Assembly (NCBI RefSeq): GCF_963921235.1
Contig: NC_086097.1
Coordinates: 247,072,001 to 247,136,000 of the forward strand
Reading direction: 5' to 3'
DNA length: 64,000 bases
Origin: Mobula hypostoma
Lineage: Eukaryota
Part shown: piece by piece, positions 26,107-39,447 of the stretch
How the letters are laid out: each line of letters opens with the position of its first letter
How positions within the stretch are numbered: the stretch's first letter is position 1
Notes under the pieces: model-generated
What the model was told of the DNA's origin: nothing
Databases searched by the model: none
What the model saw: the letters and a program-made list of their open reading frames with translations, nothing else
Program-made: the position numbers and the translations under genes

Positions 26107-26712
26107 GCGGGAGGAAGAGATAACAGCGAGCAGCGCGCCGCGTGTGCGCAGCCCTCCGGTGAAAAATAATATCGTATCCATTATATAGAGGCTGTGGACA
26201 ATTCTGATTTGATGGAGATGGACGTGAAAGCACAGAGGAACATCTGGAGAAATTTCTGAAACGCCGGTTCGCTGCTGTTGTTACTGCGCGGTCGGGAATC
26301 TTCTGGAGGGAAGGCCTCAAAATTCCCAGCTTTGCCTGCTGTTGGCGACCGAGATTGAGGTCGAGGTGTTCGGACAGAGATGGCGCTCAGTACTCGGTGT
26401 CGGAGAGCTGATCGGAGGCTGGAAGTTTTCGGATGACTCAGAGTCGGACTGTGGTCGGGCATGGCAGGGAGAGTTTTTCTTCCTTCTCCCGTCTGCGTGA
26501 GATGTGGGACATTTGAGAGACTTTGAACTTTTTACTGTGCTCATGGACTTCTTCATCAAGTTATGGTATTGTTGCACTGTTGTAACTATATGTTATAATT
26601 ATGTGGTTTTGTCAGTTTTTTCAGTCTTGGTCTGTCCTGTGTATTGTATCATTTCTTAATGCATGCATTACTAAATGACAATAAAAGAAGACTGCGTGTC
26701 TTCATAATCTAA
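26107..26712 (+). mobile_element. ~650-bp non-autonomous retroelement, copy 1
   Basis: Colinear with 42521-43209 and 46592-47256. Ends aaatgacaataaaag...cataatctaa. Confidence 0.8.
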
Positions 26713-26974
26713 ATTATTATTCTCTCTAGTCCAATCAACCTGCACCTTGAAGAGATCTCTTTATCTTTTGTCTCTGAACAAAATGATATGAGTTTCTGAC
26801 AGACAGGGCACCAACTTAAAATGCAGAAGTTTTTCCAAAGTCAAGGGGAGTGAGATTTATATCTTTCATAAACACTTTGCTGGAAATCTGGAGTAACTCA
26901 CACGAAATGCTCAGTGGGTCAGGCAGCACTTTTAGCCACTCTCTCAGGTTGGAGCAGCAACAACTCAGCAACTA

Positions 26975-28252
26975 AGAAAGTCATACAGCCAAAAGGAAAA
27001 GATGAAATATAAGGATACTGGAAGCCTCTTCAGATACATAAAAAGTAAAAGAGAGGTGAGGGTGGATATTACACCGCTGGAAAACTATGCTGGAGAGGTA
27101 GTGATGGGGGAGAAGGAAATAGCAGAAGAACTGAACAAGTATTTTGCATCAGTCTTCACCGTGGAAGACGCCAGCAGTATGCCAGAAGTTCGAGACTGGG
27201 CCCTGAAGTGTGTGAAGTTGCCGTTACTAGGGAGAAGGTTCTTGGGAAACTGAAAGGTCTGAAGGTAGAGAAGTCAACTAGATCGGATGGTGTACACCCC
27301 AGGGTTCTGAAAGAGGTGGCTGAAGAGATTGTGGAGACATTAGTAATGCTCTTTCAAGAAGATTCTGGCATGCTTCCGGAGGACTAGAAAATTAAAAATG
27401 TTACTCTACTCTTCAAGAAGGGAGAGAGGCAGAAGATAGGAAATTATAGGCCAGTTAGTCTGACCTCAGTGGTTGGGAAGATGTTGGAATTGATTGCTCA
27501 GGATGTGGTTTTGGGATGCACTTGATAAAATAGGCTGTAGTCTGCATGGTTTCCTCAAGGGTAAATCTTGCTTGATAAAATCTGCTTGAATTCTTTGAAT
27601 AAGTAACATGCAAGATAGATAAAGGAGAACCAGTTGATGTTGCGTCCTTGTATTTTCAGAAGGCCTTTGACAAGGTGCCACACATGAGGCTCTTAACAAG
27701 TTAAATGTTAAAAACAAGGCTGTAATGTTGAGGCTTTACAAAGCACTGGTGAGGCCTCATTTGGAGTATCGTGAGCTGACATTGAAGTGCTGACATTAGA
27801 GAGGGTTCAGAGGAGGTTCACGAGAATGATTCTGGAATGAAAGGGTTACCATATGAGGACCGATTGATGTCTCTGGGCCTGAACTCACTGGAATTCAGAA
27901 GAATGAGGGGAGATCTCATTGAAGCCAATCAAATGTTGAAATGCCTCGACAGACTGGATGTGCAGAGGGTGTTTACTATAGTGGGGGGGGGGAGTCTAGG
28001 ACAAGAGGGTACCGGCTCAGAGTAGAGGGACGTCCATTTAGAATGGAGATCAGGAGGAATTCCTTTAGCAGGAGAGTGCTGAATCTGTGGAATTCGTTGC
28101 CGCAGGTGGCTGTGGAGACCAAGTGATTGGGTACATTTAAGGTAGAGTTTGACAGATTCTTGATTAGTAAAGGCATGAAGGGGTATGGGGAGAGGGCAAG
28201 ACTTTGAGGCTGAGAGGGAAGTGGATCCGTCATGATGAAATGACAGAGCAGA
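26975..28252 (+). mobile_element. Internally deleted CR1 inserted in a Penelope-like element
   Basis: FRYIKSKR...AEELNKYFASVFT and LEFRRMRGDLIE motifs. Confidence 0.8.
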
Positions 28253-28254
28253 CC

Positions 28255-28660
28255 TGATACATCTATGGTCTATCTGGGTAGCCTCCAATCTGATGGCATG
28301 AACATTAATTTCTCTAACTTCTGGCAACACGCCCATCAGCTCCCTCTGGTGTCCCTCTTCCTTCCCTTTCTCCTATGGTCCACTGTCCTCTCCTATCAGA
28401 TTCCTTCTTCTTCAACCCTTTACTCTTTCCACCTATCACCTCCCAGCTTCTCACTTCATCTTCCCCTCCCCCACCCGCCTTCGCCTTCACTGGGTCTCAC
28501 CAATCAGTCACCAGCTTCTGTTTCTTCCCTCCCCCCACTCTTAATCCAGCTTCTTCCCCCTTCCTTCCTAGTCCTGAAGAAGGATCTCGGCCTGAAACGT
28601 CGACCATTTACTCCTCTCCATAGATGAAGCCTGACCTGCTGATTTCCTCCAGTAGTCTGC
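28255..28660 (+). mobile_element. Penelope-like element 3' end (GIY-YIG C-terminus, pyrimidine tract, hammerhead)
   Basis: YLGSLQSDGMNINFSNF followed by the hammerhead motif at 28570-28604. Confidence 0.75.
28570..28604 (+). ncRNA. Minimal type I hammerhead ribozyme motif (core intact)
   Basis: AGTC-CTGAAGA-AGGATCTCGGCCT-GAAAC-GTC-GAC. Shows CUGANGA and GAAA boxes, stem II AGG/CCU, a GUC cleavage triplet and stem I GUC/GAC. Confidence 0.6.
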
Positions 28661-30884
28661 ATTTGTACTGTACAGTTCAGCTTCTGCTATCAGTGTTGGG
28701 AAGTGAATTTGCTCAGTTGATCCAGGAGGAGACGCTAGTTGTCATCTGACGTTTCAACGCGGAAAGTGACACAATTGATTTATTCACCAGCTCAAACGAG
28801 AAAGATCGTGTAAATTCCAGAAACACTGTTAATTACAACATCTATTTTCCTGTTAACACATCAGGAAGGGAGCAGGAAGCACCAGAGAGACATTCTGTAA
28901 TGATCATTAAACCAATTGCCTGGAATCAAATGACCTTGCCTGGTGTCTCAGGTCTGGGTGTGTCTGCACCCGCGTCACCCTCTGCTCCCTGGCACTCCTT
29001 CTGTGCCACCTGTCCCACACCCCTCTCACGGCCACCACCCTCACCTTTCCCTTCGTCCTTTGCTTCCACCATATTTACAAACTCACTCTCCGCTCCACTT
29101 TAATAAATGCTATATACAGGTATATTTATTAAATATAATATATATTATATATGTTATATACAAATAGCTATATATCTAAGATGTTTGCACAGTACTGTGG
29201 AACATACCTTGAATGCTCTCAGGATGATGTTCTTGACAGAAAGTGAAGTGACACTATAAAAAATGTTACGGTTATAATGTCTTTTCCTAAAATTTCCTTT
29301 CTTTCTTCGGTGACATGATTATTTTTCACCTGTGAGGTTGTAATGAAGGCTCTTTGGTGCCATTGTGGCTTCTGCACTGTCTCTGAACTTCCAATGGCTG
29401 ATAATTGAATGTGTGCTCAGTCACAACAGCAGCAACGACGAATTGCTGTGCCAGAGAAGTCACAACAGCACCTCAACTTTCTTAGAAGTTTATGTAGATT
29501 CAGCATGTCTCCAAAAACTCTGCCAGACTTCTATAGACGCACGTTGGAGAGCATCCCGACTGATTGCTTCATGATCTGGTATGGAAACACCAATGCCCAA
29601 GAACAGAAAAGTCCACAAAAAGTGATGGAAACAGCTCAGTCCATCACAGTAAAAGCTCTCCCTACCTTTGAACGCATTTGCAGAGAGCACTACTACAAGA
29701 AAGCAGCATCCATCATCAACGACCCCATCATCCAGGCCATGCCTTCTTCTTGTTGCTGCCATCAGGAAGGAGGTACAGGAGCCTCAGGTCCCACATCACC
29801 AGGTTCAGAAACAGTTATTACCCCTCAACTGTCCAGTGTAGATAACTTCACTCACCTCAACACTGAACTGATTCCACAGTTCTGAACAGACTCACTTTCA
29901 AGGTCTCTACACTCATTCTCAGTATTTTTATTTGCTCTATTTGTCTTCTTTTGCACATTGGTTGTTTGTCTGTCTTTGTGTACGTATGTTTTTTCATAGA
30001 TTCTATTGTATTTCTTTATTTTTCCAGTGAATGTCTGCAAGATGCGGAATCACAAGGTAGGATATGGTGAAATATTTGTACTTTGGTCATAAATTTATCT
30101 CAGTAGTGCAGTGGTCAGCACAAAGCTTTACGGTACCAATGGACCGGGTTCAATTCCCTCCACTGCCTGTAAGGAGTTTGTACGTTCTCCCTGCGACTGT
30201 GTGGGTTTCCTCCCACAGTCCAAAGATGTACCAGTAGGCAGGTTAATTAGTCATTGTAAATTGTCCTGTGATTAGGCTCGGGTTAAATCAGGGTATTGCT
30301 GGGCGGTGTGCTTTGAAGGGCCAGAATGGCTTATTCCACATAATGATAACAAAGTAATTAACATTTACTTTGAACTTTGAAGGGGTGAGAAAGTAACCGG
30401 ACTGGGTGAATGGAGAAGTAGAGAAGGAGGCAGGGAGAGATATTCCCGGAGTTTTATTTATCTCTGTTTGGTAGCTGCTTTTCCGCATGAATCTTCACTT
30501 ACACCAGATGAATAGCCCTTCAGTGGCAGCCATGCTTTCTGGAAATCAGAATAGGACACCAAAATTGGGATTGTGTTGTCAGTGAGGCGAGAAACCACGG
30601 AGACTATTGACAAGGAAAAGTTTAAATGTTCAGCTCCTGCCAATCACCTCCCTCTGGTGCCTCTCCTCCTTCCCTTTCTCCCATGGTCCACTCTAACCTC
30701 CTATCAGATTCCTTCTTCATCAGCCCTTCACCTTTTCCACCTATCAGCTCACAGCTTCTTACTTCATCCCACCTCTCCCATTCACCCACTGGTCTGACAT
30801 ACAGGTAATAGAAATGAAATGTAAACCCAATTCTCCTTGACTTTGGAAAAACTTCTACATTTTATTTCTGTTACCTACACTCAG

Positions 30885-31772
30885 AATCAGAATCAGGTTT
30901 ATTATCACCGGCATGTGACGTGAAATTTGTTAACTTAGCAGCAGCAGTTCAATACAATACATAGTCTAGCAGAGAGAAAAAATAATAATAATAAATAAAA
31001 TAAAACATAATAATAAATAAACAAGTAAATCAATTACATATATTGAATAGATTGTTAAAAAATGTGCAAAAACAGAAATACTGTACATTTAAAAAACTGA
31101 GGTAGTGTCCAAAGCTTCAAGGTCCATTCAGGAATGGGATGGCAGAGGGAAAGAGGCTGTTCCTGAATCTCTGTGTGTGTGCCTTCGGGCTTCTGTATCT
31201 CCTACCTGATGGTAACAGTGAGAAAAGGGCATGCCCTGGGTGCTGGAGGTCCTTAATAATGGACGCTGCCTTTCTGAGACACCGCTCCCTAAAGATGTCC
31301 TGGGTACTTTGTAGGCTAGTGCCCAAGACGGAGCTGACTAGATTTACAACCCTCTGCAGATTCTTTCGGTCTTGTGCAGTAGCCCCTCCATACCAGACAG
31401 TGATGCAGCCTGTCAGAATGCTCTCCACGGTACAACTATAGAAGTTTTTGAGTGTATTTGTTGACATACCAAATCTCTTCAAACTCCTAATGAAGTATAG
31501 CCGCTGTCTTGCCTTCTTTATAACTACATCGATACGTTGGGACCAGGTTAGATCCTCAGAGATCTTGACACCCAGGAACTTGAAACTGCTCACTCGCTCC
31601 ACTTCTGATCCCTCTGTGAGGATTGGTTTGTGTTCCTTCGTCTTACCTTTCCTGAAGTCCACAATCAGCTCTTTTGTCTTACTGACGTTGAGTACCAGGT
31701 TGTTGCTGCGACACCATTCCACTAGTTGGCATATCTCACTCCTGTATGCCCTCTCATCACCACCTGAGATTA
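30885..31772 (-). mobile_element. Rex1/Babar 3' fragment (young)
   Basis: 220-aa open frame [23 protein letters not shown]...LLPSGRRYRS...FFP, with an (ATTCTG)n tail. Confidence 0.9.
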
Positions 31773-31774
31773 TA

Positions 31775-32292
31775 AACACCTGCTTGTTTATGCAATTATC
31801 TAATTAGCCAATCATGTGGCAGCAACTCAATGCACAAAAGCATGCAGACATGGTCAAGAGGCTCAGTCTTTCTTCATACCAAATATCAGACTGGAGGAGA
31901 AATGTGATCAAAGTGACTTTGACGGTGGAGTGATTGTTGGAGTCGGACGGGTTGATTGAGTATCTCAAAAACTGCTGATCTCCTGGGATTTTCACGTTTC
32001 CAGAATTTACAGAGAATGGTGCAAAAAAAAACAAAAAAGACACCCAGTGAGTGGTAGTCCTGTGGGCAAACATGCTTTGTTAATGAGAGAGGTCAGAGGA
32101 GAATGGCCAGACCGGTTCAGGCTGACAGGAAGGCGACAGTAACACAAATTCAATAGTGGTGCGTAGAAGGGCATCTCTGAATGGTCAACACGTTGAACCT
32201 TGAGGTGGATGGGCCACAGCAGCAGAAGACCACGAGCATTCACTCAATGGTCACATTACAGGAGATGCACAACCAATTGGCCGCTGAGTGTA
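31775..32292 (+). mobile_element. Internally deleted Tc1-like transposon
   Basis: Paired-domain remnant CDQSDFDGGVIVG...ISKTADLLGFS...GQRRMARPVQADRKATVTQI. TIR end ggccgctgagtg|ta. Related pieces at 40475-40645 and 60440-61152 (-). Confidence 0.8.
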
Positions 32293-33487
32293 TATGTCAC
32301 CGATGATGGTCTCGGCTGAAACGTCGACTGTTTATCTCTCTGCAAAGATGCTGCCTGACCCACTGAGTTCCTCCGGCATTGTGAGTGTGGCTAAAATGTA
32401 AACAGCGGTAAGGTTAATGTCACCGGAAATGAGTCATTCGGTGAGCTGATCAGTATTACACGTAGATCACTTCGGACGGAGGCGGTTACTAATTGAATTA
32501 GTTACCAAGAGAAGATCTGGCTGAGGGGTGCCACAACAACAATCTCTTACTCAATGCCAGCAAGACCAAGGAGCTGATTAGTGACTTCAGGAAGAGGAAA
32601 CCAGAGGTCTGTGAGCTGGTCCGCATCAGAGGACCTGAAGTGGAGAGGGTCAGCAACTTTAAACTCCCCAGTGTTATCATTCCGCTAAGTGAAACCACGA
32701 AGAGAGTACAGCAGCACTTCACCTTCCTTGCGAAGATTCGACATGTCATCTAAAACTGTGACAAACCTCTATAGACGTGTGGTGGAGAGTATATCGACTG
32801 GCAGCATCACAGCCTGGTATGGAAACACCCAATACCCTTGAATGGAAAGACCTACATTTAAAGCACTTCCCCACCATTGAGCACATCTACACCGAATGCT
32901 GTCACAGGAAAGCAGCATCTATCATTAGAGACCTCCCCACCCCCAACAGCCAGATCATGCTCTCTTCTCACTGCTGCCATCAGGAAGAAGGTACAGGAGC
33001 CCCAGGATTCATACCAGGAACAGTTATCACCCCTCAACCATCAGGCTCCTGAACCAAAGGGGATAACTTCACTCAACTTCACTTGCCCCATCATTGAAAT
33101 GTTCCCACAACCTATGGACTCACTTTCAAGGACTCTTCATCTCATGTTCTTGATATTGTATCTATTGTTTATTTATAATTATTATTATTTCTTTCTCTTT
33201 GTATTTACGCAGTTTCTTGTCTTTTACACATTGGGTTGAATGCCCAAGATGGTGAGGTCTTTCATTGATTTTATTATGGATTTATTGAGTATGTGCTTAA
33301 GAAAACAAATCTCAGGGTTATACACGATTACATATATGTACTTTGATACATACTTATCGAAGTATGTATGTCACCATATACTACATTGTGATTCATTTTC
33401 TTGCAGGTATTTACAGGAAAATAAAGGAATACAATAGAACTTATGAAAAACAACTTAACATAACATCTGATAAAAGACCAATGAAAA

Positions 33488-33905
33488 CTCTGGAATTTAG
33501 AAGGCTGAGAGGGGATCTTATGGAAACATATAAGATTATTAAGGGATTGGACACGCTGGAGGCAGGAAGCATGTTCCCGCTGATGGGTGAGTCCAGAACC
33601 AGAGGCCACAGTTTAAGAATTAGAGGTAGGCCATTTAGAACGGAGTTGAGGAAAAACTTTTTCACCCAGGGAGTGGTGGATATATGGAATGCTCTGCCCC
33701 AGAAGGCTGTGGAGGCCAAGTCTCTGGATGCTTTCAAGAAAGAGATGGATAGAGCTCTTAAAGATAGCGGAATCAAAGGTTATGGGGAGAAGTCAGGAAC
33801 TGGATACTGATAGTGGATGATCAGCCATGATCACAGTGAATGGCGGTGCTGGCTCGAAGGGCCGAATGGCCTACTCCTGCACCTATTGTCTATTGTCTGT
33901 TGTCA
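33488..33905 (+). mobile_element. CR1 3' end
   Basis: LEFRRLRGDLMETYKI...RKNFFTQ, with a (CTATTGT)n tail. Confidence 0.85.
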
Positions 33906-34029
33906 ATGTGGAAAAGAAGGCAAATCACTCAATTAGTAATTAAATAAACAACACTGAGAACTTAAGTTGTAGAGTCATTGAAAGTGAGCCCATTGGTTGT
34001 GGAATTTCGCCACGGGCAGTCCCAGCCCG

Positions 34030-34280
34030 GCTGGAGACGGAGGAGGGGTGGGAATGGGGCTAGGAAACCCCAACACGTAAGATAACCGGAGCTGGAGACG
34101 GAGGAGAGGTGGGAATGGGACTAGGAACCCCAACACGTAAGATAACCGGAGCTGGAGACGGAGGAGGGGTGGGAATGGGGCTAGGAAACCCCAACACGTA
34201 AGATAACCGGAGCTGGAGATGGAGGAGGGGTGGGAATGGGGCTAGGAAACCCCAACACGTAAGATAACCGGAGCTGGAGA
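34030..34280. repeat. ~61-bp tandem repeat, 4 copies, inside an RTE-derived short element
   Basis: Unit gctggagacggaggaggggtgggaatggggctaggaaaccccaacacgtaagataaccgga starts at 34030, 34091, 34151, 34212 and (partial) 34273. Confidence 0.9.
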
Positions 34281-35669
34281 AGCTCTGAGGAGCTGATGGC
34301 TCAGGACAGAGGACTCTAGCAATATGCTGTGGGCAGCCTGTGCCCCAGTAGGGGAGATGAGTCTAAGTAGGTAAGTAAGTATAAAGAAAGAAAGAATCAG
34401 TCCAGCATTCAGGTGAGTGAAGTTATCCACCCTGGTTCAGGAGTCTGATGGTTGTGGGGCAATAACTGCTCCTGAACCTGGTGGCGTGGGACCTAAGACT
34501 CCTGTACCTCCTACTCGATGGCAGCAGCGAGAAGAGAGCAAGGACTGGATGGTCGATGTCTTTGTTGATGGCAGCTAGTGGCAGAGCCCGCTTTGAGAAT
34601 CACCATGGTAATTGAAGAATGTTCATTCAGAATGCTGGTTGAATCCCCACAGTGGTATGTCCCACCACACCCCGAATCCAGAAATAGCATCAGGCTCTGA
34701 TGAAATGAATGGCCCTGTCTGTGCTTTGGAACAGTGCATCAGTCAACGTTTGATTACAGACAAATGTGGTGTCTTCACCAATGTCACCCTAATCTCTCTT
34801 TGCTGCTTGTAAAGAACCCAAAGGGGAGAAAAAATATTAATGGCTGGTGTTGCAGTGACAGAAATGCAGCTGGGATTGGTATCTCTCAGTATTAGTATTG
34901 GTTTCTTATTGCCTTAAGTACTGAGGCACAGTGAAAACTTGTCTTGCATGCTGTTCATACAGACCAAATTGTCACACAGGGCATTGAGGTAGAACAAGGT
35001 AATAACGGTGCAGAGTGAAGTGTAGAAACTACTGAAAAAGTGCAGTGCAGGTAAATGATAAAGTGCAAGATCACAACAAGGTAGATTGTGAGGCCGAGTC
35101 CACTGTATCGTACAGGAAGTCTGTTCAAGGATGCATTACACAGAGTGTGTTGAGCGAGAATAAGGTAAAACAATAACAATGCAGGATGAAGTGTAGAAAC
35201 TACTGTCTCAGTACTTTCATATGTGTGTGCTGTAGCACTTACTTTTTATTCACAGTTATTTTGTAAATAACACTATTCTTTGCATTTCTGGTTAGATGCT
35301 AACTGCATTTCATTGGCTTTGTATCTATACTTGGCACAATGACCAATAAAGTTGAATCTAATCTAATCTAATCTAAAACTTGGATGGATGGGGAAAAGAT
35401 ATTGGCGATGTTTACACCCTGGAGCTTGAAGCTGTTGCCCTTCTCAGCCTCAACAGCATTAATGAAGACATGAGACTATGCAAAGATTTTGGATTGTTAG
35501 GAGGTAAGAGGCCCACTGTAACCTCTGACTTACTCCTACGGTCAGTTTTTCCGAGAGTGGTCCTGTTGAGTTTCAGCTAAATGGTGACGCCCATGAATGA
35601 TGATGGTGGTGAATTTGGTATCAATCATTCTACTGTAATATTCTCAGCTTTATTTATTCAATTTTATTT

Positions 35670-38110
35670 TTTTTTTCTCAGCTCAAGTTGGTAAAACCCA
35701 AGGTACAGGCATACCCAAGCACGCTCATTTGCAAAATTACTAGGAACTTTCGGACTATTCTAGTGATGGTTATTCTATTGTGGCTTTCTGAAGATTTACA
35801 CAGATATTACTGTGAAGGCCTAATTGTTTAGTGCCATTGTGTAGTGACTTTGGGATGACACTAGTTGTAGGTATTACTATTGGGATAATGTTCATGTTCC
35901 AAAGTCTTTCAATTTCCTCTTTTAATTCAGCATATTTCTGGTGTTTTTCACTTATTGATTTTTGTAAGTTATGTGTGTTTGGAATGGCTCTGTCTATTGA
36001 ATAAGTTGATCTTGCTTGTTTATGCTGTATTATTACATCCGGACGGTTATTATGGATTGTCCTATCTGTAATAACCGATCAGTCATAATATAATTTGTGG
36101 TATTCTGACTCTAAAACTGGATCAGGTTTGTATTTATAGTAAGGTATGATTTCATTTATGAGTTTATATTTTAAAGCAAGACGTTGGTGAATGATGTTTG
36201 CCACTTGATTGTGTCTGTGTAAGTAATCAGATTGTGTTAAACTGCTACAGGATCCTATAATGTGTTGGATTGCTTTTGGTTTTTCTTGGCATTTTCTACA
36301 TTTATCATCTTGAATTTGTTGGTCTTTTTATTATGTATTTTTGATTTTTTTTTTGTGTCCTGCACCCTTCTGTTTCTGGGAAGAAGTCTCTAATTCTGAA
36401 CCAGGCGTTTGATGCTTCCTTGTTGACATCTAGAGAGCTCAGGTCATGAAGATGCCTTCCATGGAGGATCATGCTCTTCCATTGATTAACTTTTTCATCT
36501 ATGGTGATAATTTCTTCATTTTTCTGGGTTGTGGTCTCACTTAAGTTCAGTGGTGTATACTTCTTATCAGAATTGCACATGCTTGTTTGGAGTGCTGATT
36601 CCTGCTTTCATTGATGAAAGTATATCCTTAGAAGTTTTATCTGACTGTTGTGTAGATTTTTAATGTCTATTATTCCTCTTTCCCTTTCTGTCCTAGGTAG
36701 TGTTAATCCAAGCACATTCGAATGTACATTACGTTTTCTGAAATTTGTCATTTCAGTTTTTATTTTTCTTTGTAAATTCTCCAACCAATTTTGGACCAGG
36801 ATATTGTGCCAAAAGAATACAATGTAGTGAAAGTGCTTATTGCCTTTGTTATATTTTTACTGTTGAGCTCTGTTTGGCAGATTTTCTTAAGCCTTGAAGT
36901 AAATCCTGCCAATAGTTTTCCCTTTATCACGCTATGACCGAATTTCTTTCTGAGTTGATATCCCAGATCGTGTATGTTTCATATCCATCCATCGGTTGTA
37001 TTGTATCCTGCCGCTCTGTTTTGTATTCTGTCACGTACCCCATGACGGAAATAAAGAACCAGCAGAGATGGAAAACACCTTGGAGTCCAGTATTTCTATT
37101 AACCAATAATATTTATTAGCAACTACGCAATACAGTAACATAAATGTAGATAAATCAAACAGGTTAGCAATGATTATATATATAAGTAAGTATATCAGTA
37201 AGTGTGGAAATATATGTATGAAAAACCAAGCTTTCTAAGTCTAAGGGTACACCTCTTCCTACAGATGCTGCCTGGCCTGCTGCGTTCACCAGCAACTTTG
37301 ATATGTGTTGCTTGAATTTCCAGCATCTGCAGAATTCCTGTTGTTTAGTCTTACGATGATGAGTAAAGTTCAGTTCAGTTTGTGGTATTGAGTTGAGTAG
37401 TGATGGAGAGAGGGAGAGGGAGAGATTTGAATCTTCAGGTAAACTGACGCCGTCGATCTTCTCGTTGTCCTTCAAAATCCTTTAAAAGTCACTGACTGCG
37501 ACTTTAACAAAGGGGACTGGTATTCTGTGGTGGAGCTATCACCCAGGCAAGGGTGGACACATGGACAACTCCCCACCAGTCACTGCCTTTTCCTTTCACT
37601 GCAAGAGCCACTGATCGATCCACCTGGTTGATCCTCCCAAAAAACCCACTTTTTCTGTGGGCACAACAATGCTCATTCAGTGTCCAAAACATGTGTCTAA
37701 GGTCTATATCATCTGACCTCCTATTTATTTCACTGTACTGGATACCAGCTATCATTCAATTAACTCCTCCTTCCTCTCTGTGTGTAAGAAATGCAAGCAG
37801 GCAAATGTCCTTGAAGAAAGTATGAACAACCGTGAGCAGTCTTCATCGCTCTCTCTCTCTTTTAAAAACAAGTTGTTGGTGTTAAATAACTCCCTCTCTC
37901 TCTTTTCAAAAGCACAGTTCATAGGGGTTAACGAGCACAGTTCATAGGGGTAATCTAGGACCCTGTCACAGTTCTACCAGTTCTATTGCACCTTTCTTTA
38001 TACCTAATATTCTGCACTTATCCAGTCCAAAGTTCACTTTTATGTCTTTCAAAAATAGTTCTACTATTTGAATTAATTGCTTTAGCTTAACTGCTGAAGG
38101 AGCGAATAGA
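35670..38110 (-). mobile_element. R4/Dong-clade non-LTR retrotransposon (RT C-terminus, CCHC knuckle, restriction-like endonuclease), split by a solo LTR
   Basis: Minus-strand translation gives FGLDKC, WKSMILHGR...FPETEG, CRKCQEK..IQH..GSC, LHRHNQVA, NRPDVII and KYAELKEEIERLW. Confidence 0.8.
37029..37970. mobile_element. Solo LTR within the R4/Dong element
   Basis: TGTCAC...TCACA termini with flanks attc/gttc (4-bp TSD, one mismatch). Carries a Penelope-like end at ~37250-37345. Confidence 0.7.
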
Positions 38111-38119
38111 TGCCAATTC

Positions 38120-38870
38120 TGTTACACCAATCACCCCTTGTAATATTGATCAGTGAGGTACAGAGCATCTGTATTTACCGACAAGTAACTTTAATGCCTC
38201 AGCTAAAAGGCACGTGGGTTCACAAATTATCTCCCTGTGTGCACCCCATTAGAACCCCTGACCCTCCATGAACAAACAATGAAGAGAAAGGGTATTACCC
38301 GGGAAAGGAGTCAACACTGACTAGGCATTCCTCATCGTTCCTATCTTCACACGTCCGTTGGACCCTCCTTATCCTCAACTGTTGATCTCTGGTTGCTGGA
38401 GTGTTATCACCCCTGCCTATTGGAAGCTCCTGACTCTTATACTGTTCCTCATCAGTTGAACTGTTGGATCTTCACCTATTGGCTCAAGGTCACCTGACCT
38501 ACCTGGGTCATTTTTTATTGGTTCTAGGCCAGAGCTACAATCAACACTGTTTCATGGTTCTGCCCACCCCAGCCTTGTGTCTTTCAACTCTGATTGGTCC
38601 AAACCAGTTAAATGAGGCGACCCAGACAGAGCCTAATGAGATTACAGATTGCTTCTTTGGTAGGTCTGGCAATTTATATTATAAATAGCTACTCATCTGA
38701 GAACGGTCTCGGGATTAGCTGGTCATTACCTGAAGCTCCTTGTGTCCACATTCAATTGCTCTGATTAGATTGTCCCAGAGTAGGAATCAGTTCAGAGTCC
38801 ACACACATTACCTAACAAATAGCTACTTGTCTGAGAATGGTCCCAGGGTTCAAATCAGCCATGTATAAAA
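38120..38870. mobile_element. Possible LTR-derived sequence
   Basis: Begins TGTTACA and has internal direct repeats (aaatagctact...ctgagaa). No TSD confirmed. Confidence 0.35.
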
Positions 38871-39447
38871 GGTATGTCAGAATCAGAATTAGGCTTATTA
38901 TTGCCGGCATGTGACGTGATGTAGCTTATTTTATTGTTTCTGATTTGACAACCAATTTCATCCGATTCATTAAATTAGAGAGCAGGTTTAAAGCTAGACA
39001 GAATCATTGTGGGCTTAGAGAGCTGCCCTGGAGAATGCCTCGGTTTGTGTTGATAATGGTGGTGTTAATGGGGTGATTACAGTACGCCAATGCTTCATGT
39101 GGAAGGAATTCCACCTATTGGGTGTAGTTTATACATATTAAGAACATTTATTAACCACGAGTGTGGGACAGAGTCAAATGCTTTTTGGTAGTCAATACAG
39201 TATCATGAAAGATTTCTGTTTCCCCGCCAAGCTTGAGTTAGAATTACGGAATCAATTACAGTACTAGTTGTTTTTATATTTATTATTATTATTATTTGTA
39301 TTTGCATTATTATTATTGTTATTATTATTATTATTTGTATATGCACATTGACAGTTTGACTGTCTTGTCTGTAGTTTTCTATTGATTCAATTGTATTTCT
39401 TTGTTCAATAGTGAATCCTTGCAAGAAATTGAGGATGGTATGTGGTG

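Noticed and set aside
34030..34280. CRISPR-like array (also 5589-5970 and 63537-64000)
   Set aside because: Head-to-tail units with no unique spacers, no cas genes, and a eukaryotic context.
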